DNA of 63,661 bases, filler included, from Piptocephalis cylindrospora (Eukaryota), in assembly GCA_003614145.1 (NCBI GenBank). It is 4 parts of 4 records of this genome, joined end to end, with 100 filler letters (N's around TTAATTAATTAA, not from the genome) between each part and the next. Parts side by side here need not be neighbours in the genome. Positions count along the whole stretch, not along the records: positions 47,901 to 63,661 come from KZ987884.1; 3 more parts are not named here. The stretch is one strand, 5' to 3'. Within the stretch, counting starts at the first letter, position 1; each line of letters starts with the position of its first letter. The notes under the pieces were generated by a model that had not been told where the DNA came from, did not search any database, and saw only the letters and a list, made by a program, of their open reading frames with translations. The position numbers were made by a program, and so were the translations under genes. Positions 59,467 through 63,661 of this stretch are shown here, piece after piece.

Positions 59467-59959
59467 GGAACGCTACTGGTACTACAGGAGGCCTATTGAA
59501 GAGATGAGGGGATGTCGAGAGCACGAGTGATACAATGAATAAGTGAAAGGATAGAGATAAGTGGACTAGGGTGCCACTGTTTAGAGGTGGGTTTAGCTGG
59601 GATTGGGAAGGTGAAGGGTCCTTAGGAGATGGTGAGAGCGGTAGACTATTCTAATCAAGAGCAACTAGGGCTTGACATGATATTGCAAACTAAACATTCC
59701 CCTGACCCCTCGCCCCTCAACCCCCTGGGAACGCCTGTACACACCCTTGGCCACATCTATTTAATGATACAGCAGCTGCTCTCTTTGCATGGAATCAAGC
59801 AAGTCATATCCATCCCCCCATCTCCTATCGCCCCAAATCACATAGTAGATGATGTAGATGATTGCATGGGGAGAACGCAAGTGTAAAGAATCATCCGTTT
59901 CTTCTCTCGACATTAATCATCCTCCTCCCTAAACACACACACATGCTCCTCTTAGGCAG

Positions 59960-62744
59960 CTATCCAATCCTCAGTACTATACCTTTTCCTTTCCCCTTCC
60001 CTTGACGTTGCGATTGAGTAGTGGAGCTTTGGTTATGATGGGTAGTGGTTACACCCCATGCATTCCCCAGCTCTTGATTTCGACGGGCGCTGGAGACCAT
60101 AGGTCGAAGAGTAGGAATGTGCTCGGGGAGAGCAGGAAAATCACTTGTCCTCATGGGTGCCTTCCCTTTGCTGGTCGTAGCCGTGGTCACACGACTCGGT
60201 GATGCGGTGGAAGTGGGAGAAGCCGGGGCAGAGTAGGAGTTCAAGGGGGGCTGATGGGGCTGAGATCCCTGGGACCAGGCCGTGGTATTATTGACCACAC
60301 TCCCACCTCCACGGGCCTTGGCCCTACCGGTTCCTCGTCCCTTACCCGGCTCCCCTGGCAAAACTCCTATCCTTGACACGGTTCCTCCTGCAGAGGAGCC
60401 TGGAAGCGCGGGGAAAGATTCACTCGTGCTCCTCCTATTCGGACCACCTGCAACCATCTCAGCTTGAGAAGGACGGTGCGACGAGGAAGTGGGCTGTGAA
60501 GGGACCCTACCCTGAGCCGCTTCCGCCACACGTTGCCATACCCCAGTGGTGGAATGGGCCGTGGACTGTTGCTTGACATTCAGTACCCGTTGACCACCTC
60601 CCCAAGTTGCTGGTTGATCGCCTCCCTGAGCCCCGGTACTACGACCGAGAGTAGAAGAAGTGTAAAAGTCAGAGCTCTGCAGTTCGGGAAACTGAGAAAT
60701 GATAGCTAGATGCTCATTCCACGCCTTGTGTAGGGAAATGGCCCTTTCATCATTGACTCCTAATTCCACAATGATCGCCTTGACCAAGGCCCCCACTGAT
60801 CGTTTCCCCTGGTGAACTAGATCATTGGAGCCTGCAGATGAGGCCAAACGGTGCAAATGAGGAAGAAGGAGTTCGACCAGTGTGTCAATCAGGGAGGCTG
60901 CTGACTTTCGAATCCCATAAAAAGCCCCCAGTTCCTCCTGCACCTTGGCTGATATTGAGGGAGGGACATGCGGGGCACAACGTCGTAGCACTGCCTGGCA
61001 AAATTCCCGAGTATGCTCATCCATAGGTACAGAAGCCTTGGAGGAGGAAGAAGAGGAAGAGGAGGAAGAGGGAGGAGAGGATTCTGCCTCCCCTTCTCCC
61101 GCCGCACCCTTCTTCTTTCTCCTCCTAGAGGACTTGCTCTTGGTCGAGGCAGAGGTAGACCCAGCAGATAGTTGCCCGAACCCCTCAGGGGCTCCTAACC
61201 GTGACCTCGCCTGAGCATTCCCTCCATGCTCTTTGGGTCGAGTCCTCTCGGCTTCAATCTCATCATTAGTGGGGTCAGAACTGGGTCCAATGGAAATACC
61301 AGAGGAGCGTGAAGGGGTAATGTCTATCCCCGATGCCGAGGCAAAGTGAACTCCAGGATCGGCCTGTCGAGTGGAAGGGGAACGGCGAGAGGACTCAGAT
61401 AAATTCGACGCCGCCCCTCCCTCACCCGCCCTCCTTCGATCCCCTCTGGTCCCGGAGGGACCAGCTGATCCTTGGGCTCCCGATGACCTTCCACTCCCGG
61501 CTCCAGAGGAGGAGCGGGCTGGGGAAATAGTTTGGTAATTAAAATCCAGAGCGACTTGTCTTGCTCGATTCTTATTCGCTCGTTGCCCCGAGCCAGGTGC
61601 CCTATGTTCAAAGTTCTAGAAGGGGCCATAGGCAGATTAGCATGAGACATTTTTTCCTCTCAAGAAACAAATATACCCTTCTTTCATACCTGATGGGCCG
61701 TGAGGTCAATATCCGAGGAAAAGACAACAAACTTCCGCTCCAGACAGCCTGGATCCCGACAAACGTAGTGATCCCGCTCAAAATGCTGAGAGAGAGTAGA
61801 GTAGCTTTCGTACCATGGAGCCTTGTTGGCTCCTACCTCTCGGACACACAGATGACATTGTTCATGCCTGTCCCGACAGTGTACATACAGGGCTTCATCC
61901 TCGTAGAACCTCTGACCACAAAAGGCGCAGAGGGGATGGCCACGGAAGCCCGATCTCGCCACTTCCTGTCCATCCGACCCCGCATAATGAGATGCTAAGG
62001 CCTTCCGAGTGAAAAGTGTGTGCTCATGCGGGAAGACCTTTTTGTTTTTTGTGCAAATTTCGCTATAAGGGGATGGGAAGGGTGAGCATGATGGGTCCTT
62101 GGCGATCAGACACCCGGGTTCGCTTACCAAAGAAGGAGCTGGTGCACGGACCGAGTGTGCTTAGCCAAGGCTCCCCAGCTATTGGCGATGGCATCACACC
62201 CAAGGTCTGGACAATTAAAGCGTAGTAGGGCCTTGGCATCCTGATACATTTCCGGATACTCAAAGGCAATGCCCATAGACTCATCCCGCTTAGCCCATTC
62301 ACGCTCCCCAAAGGATTGGAATGTCCTGGACCCATTATAGGTGAAGATGACCAAGGGTTGATCCATCTAGGGTAAATTTATGATGCGATACAGATGAGTT
62401 GACTGGGTGAAGCCCCCCACCCAAAGATGCTCCAACCCTCCAGAAAGATGAAAGAGACCCACCTTGCAGAGATAGCACGATCTCTGTTGGTACAGTTCTC
62501 GAAGACGCAGGGAGCACTTGTGACATACGGCATGGTTGCACGGGCCTATCGCGTAGATCTCTATGGTTTCTGTGCAGATCAGGCACATCTCCTCCTCAGC
62601 CTCCGACGAGGCCTCAGTCCCCTTGGACGTATCCGAAGTTCCCTTGGGGGAGAGGAAAGTCTTATCGTTGCTTGCGACCTTGCTGTGTGAGCTGGACCGA
62701 GAAGTGGTCGTAGATGAAAGGGAAGTTTTCCTTGACCTGGCCAT
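59960..62744 (-). CDS. HEL2: E3 ubiquitin ligase Hel2/ZNF598 (ribosome quality control); multi-exon
   Basis: RING CLIC...GPCNHAVCHKCSLRLRELY...CYLCK; C2H2 fingers (GHPLCAFC..FYEDEALYVHCRDRHEQCHLC, HFERDHYVC); repeated FPAL motifs; terminal KGKGKG. Confidence 0.95.
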
Positions 62745-63661
62745 GTTGTCTTCACGGAAGGATATAAGATGGGTGGGATGTGGAAGGTGTAGTATGGCAA
62801 AACTGAAAGCAAAACTCTGCTGAAAGGTGTGAGATTTCAAGAGAAGATGAGGAAAAGGTAGATAGGAAGACAAAAAAAGAAGCCTGAGCAAGTTGGATCA
62901 ATGTGTGGTCTTTTGGGAGGCGAGCACAACAAAATACACCAGCCCATTTTATCTCGCTTCGTCAGCCCCACTACCCTAGCACTGACACGGGCATTGTGTA
63001 AGGAGCCACAATATGGGTCATACTGACTCCTCATCCTTTTCCCCTTAACATTTTCTACACCACAGTACACACAGACTGCTGGGAGGTGGCCCGCCCATGT
63101 AGATCCACAAACAAGGAAGAGGTGTCTTCTTTTGCTAAGGTAAGCGCAGTGTGCCTTGGGCTTTACTAAAATTCAATCTATGCTCCTCTACTTCTCAACC
63201 CGGGATGTGTACTTGAAACGTAAATGAACATCCCCCTCCCCAACTCAAGGGGAGGCATGATGAATGATGATGAGGGTGACGTGGACCCTATTTGTACCGC
63301 GTCAGAGATCTTCCTTTTTCCCCACCATAATCCCTAGATTGATCAGTGTCATGTCTTTGATAGCATGATCACCCCTTATTACTTAGCCATGAATATGTTC
63401 TTGATGATGCCAGCACCTGTATCTATGTGATGGATGACCTAGTGACATTATTCCATGGTGTAAAACCATAAAGTGGGAAAGATATTATGTCTCATCTTGA
63501 GGAAACCCCATTGTTGGGTAGCGCCTACTATGCACAAAGGAGTGCTTATCATGACCCCGTCCCTCCCTTAACCATGCACTACAAAGGGCAAGGACACCCT
63601 TGAGCCCCATGCAACATTATCCTTATTCTACATGAGAACTTCAGCCCGATCCTTGTTCAAG

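Noticed and set aside
47901..62744. Functional cluster of ubiquitin/RNA quality-control genes (NPL4, USB1, HEL2)
   Set aside because: Interspersed with unrelated genes; adjacency of housekeeping genes is expected in a compact genome

Overview
This is eukaryotic, intron-rich fungal DNA, not a prokaryotic locus. Genes are compact with short GT-AG introns, and the window carries a fungal-type trifunctional tRNA ligase and a Cdc12 septin. It also carries genes typical of non-Dikarya fungi (CblD/MMADHC, Npl4 with an NZF finger), so an early-diverging lineage is likely; a Zoopagomycota parasite such as Piptocephalis is my unverified guess. The window is four unrelated contigs (1-15914, 16015-31919, 32020-47800, 47901-63661) joined by artificial 100-nt N44-TTAATTAATTAA-N44 spacers, so gene neighbourhood across spacers means nothing. 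About 25 protein-coding genes can be reconstructed. Most are housekeeping: ARP6, RRN5-like, CMS1, PPM1, TRL1, PRS, THI80, COG1, HEM25, AGC1, SGM1/TMF1, TAF8, CDC12, NPL4, USB1, WDR53-like, a Nudix CoA-pyrophosphatase and HEL2. The best leads are: (1) a secreted EndoG/NucA-type nuclease with a long disordered tail, whose signal-peptide exon is missed by the ORF track; (2) an orphan signal-peptide + ectodomain + 7TM receptor-like gene with a repeated promoter motif; (3) a Usb1 whose first catalytic His appears replaced by Ser; (4) a membrane-anchorless tomosyn/amisyn-type R-SNARE lacking WD40 repeats; (5) a cobalamin-trafficking CblD gene; (6) up to three genes whose reading frame breaks at 8-9 nt C/G runs. 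I could not support any rRNA, tRNA, CRISPR array or intact mobile element, and I see no demonstrable multi-gene novel system.
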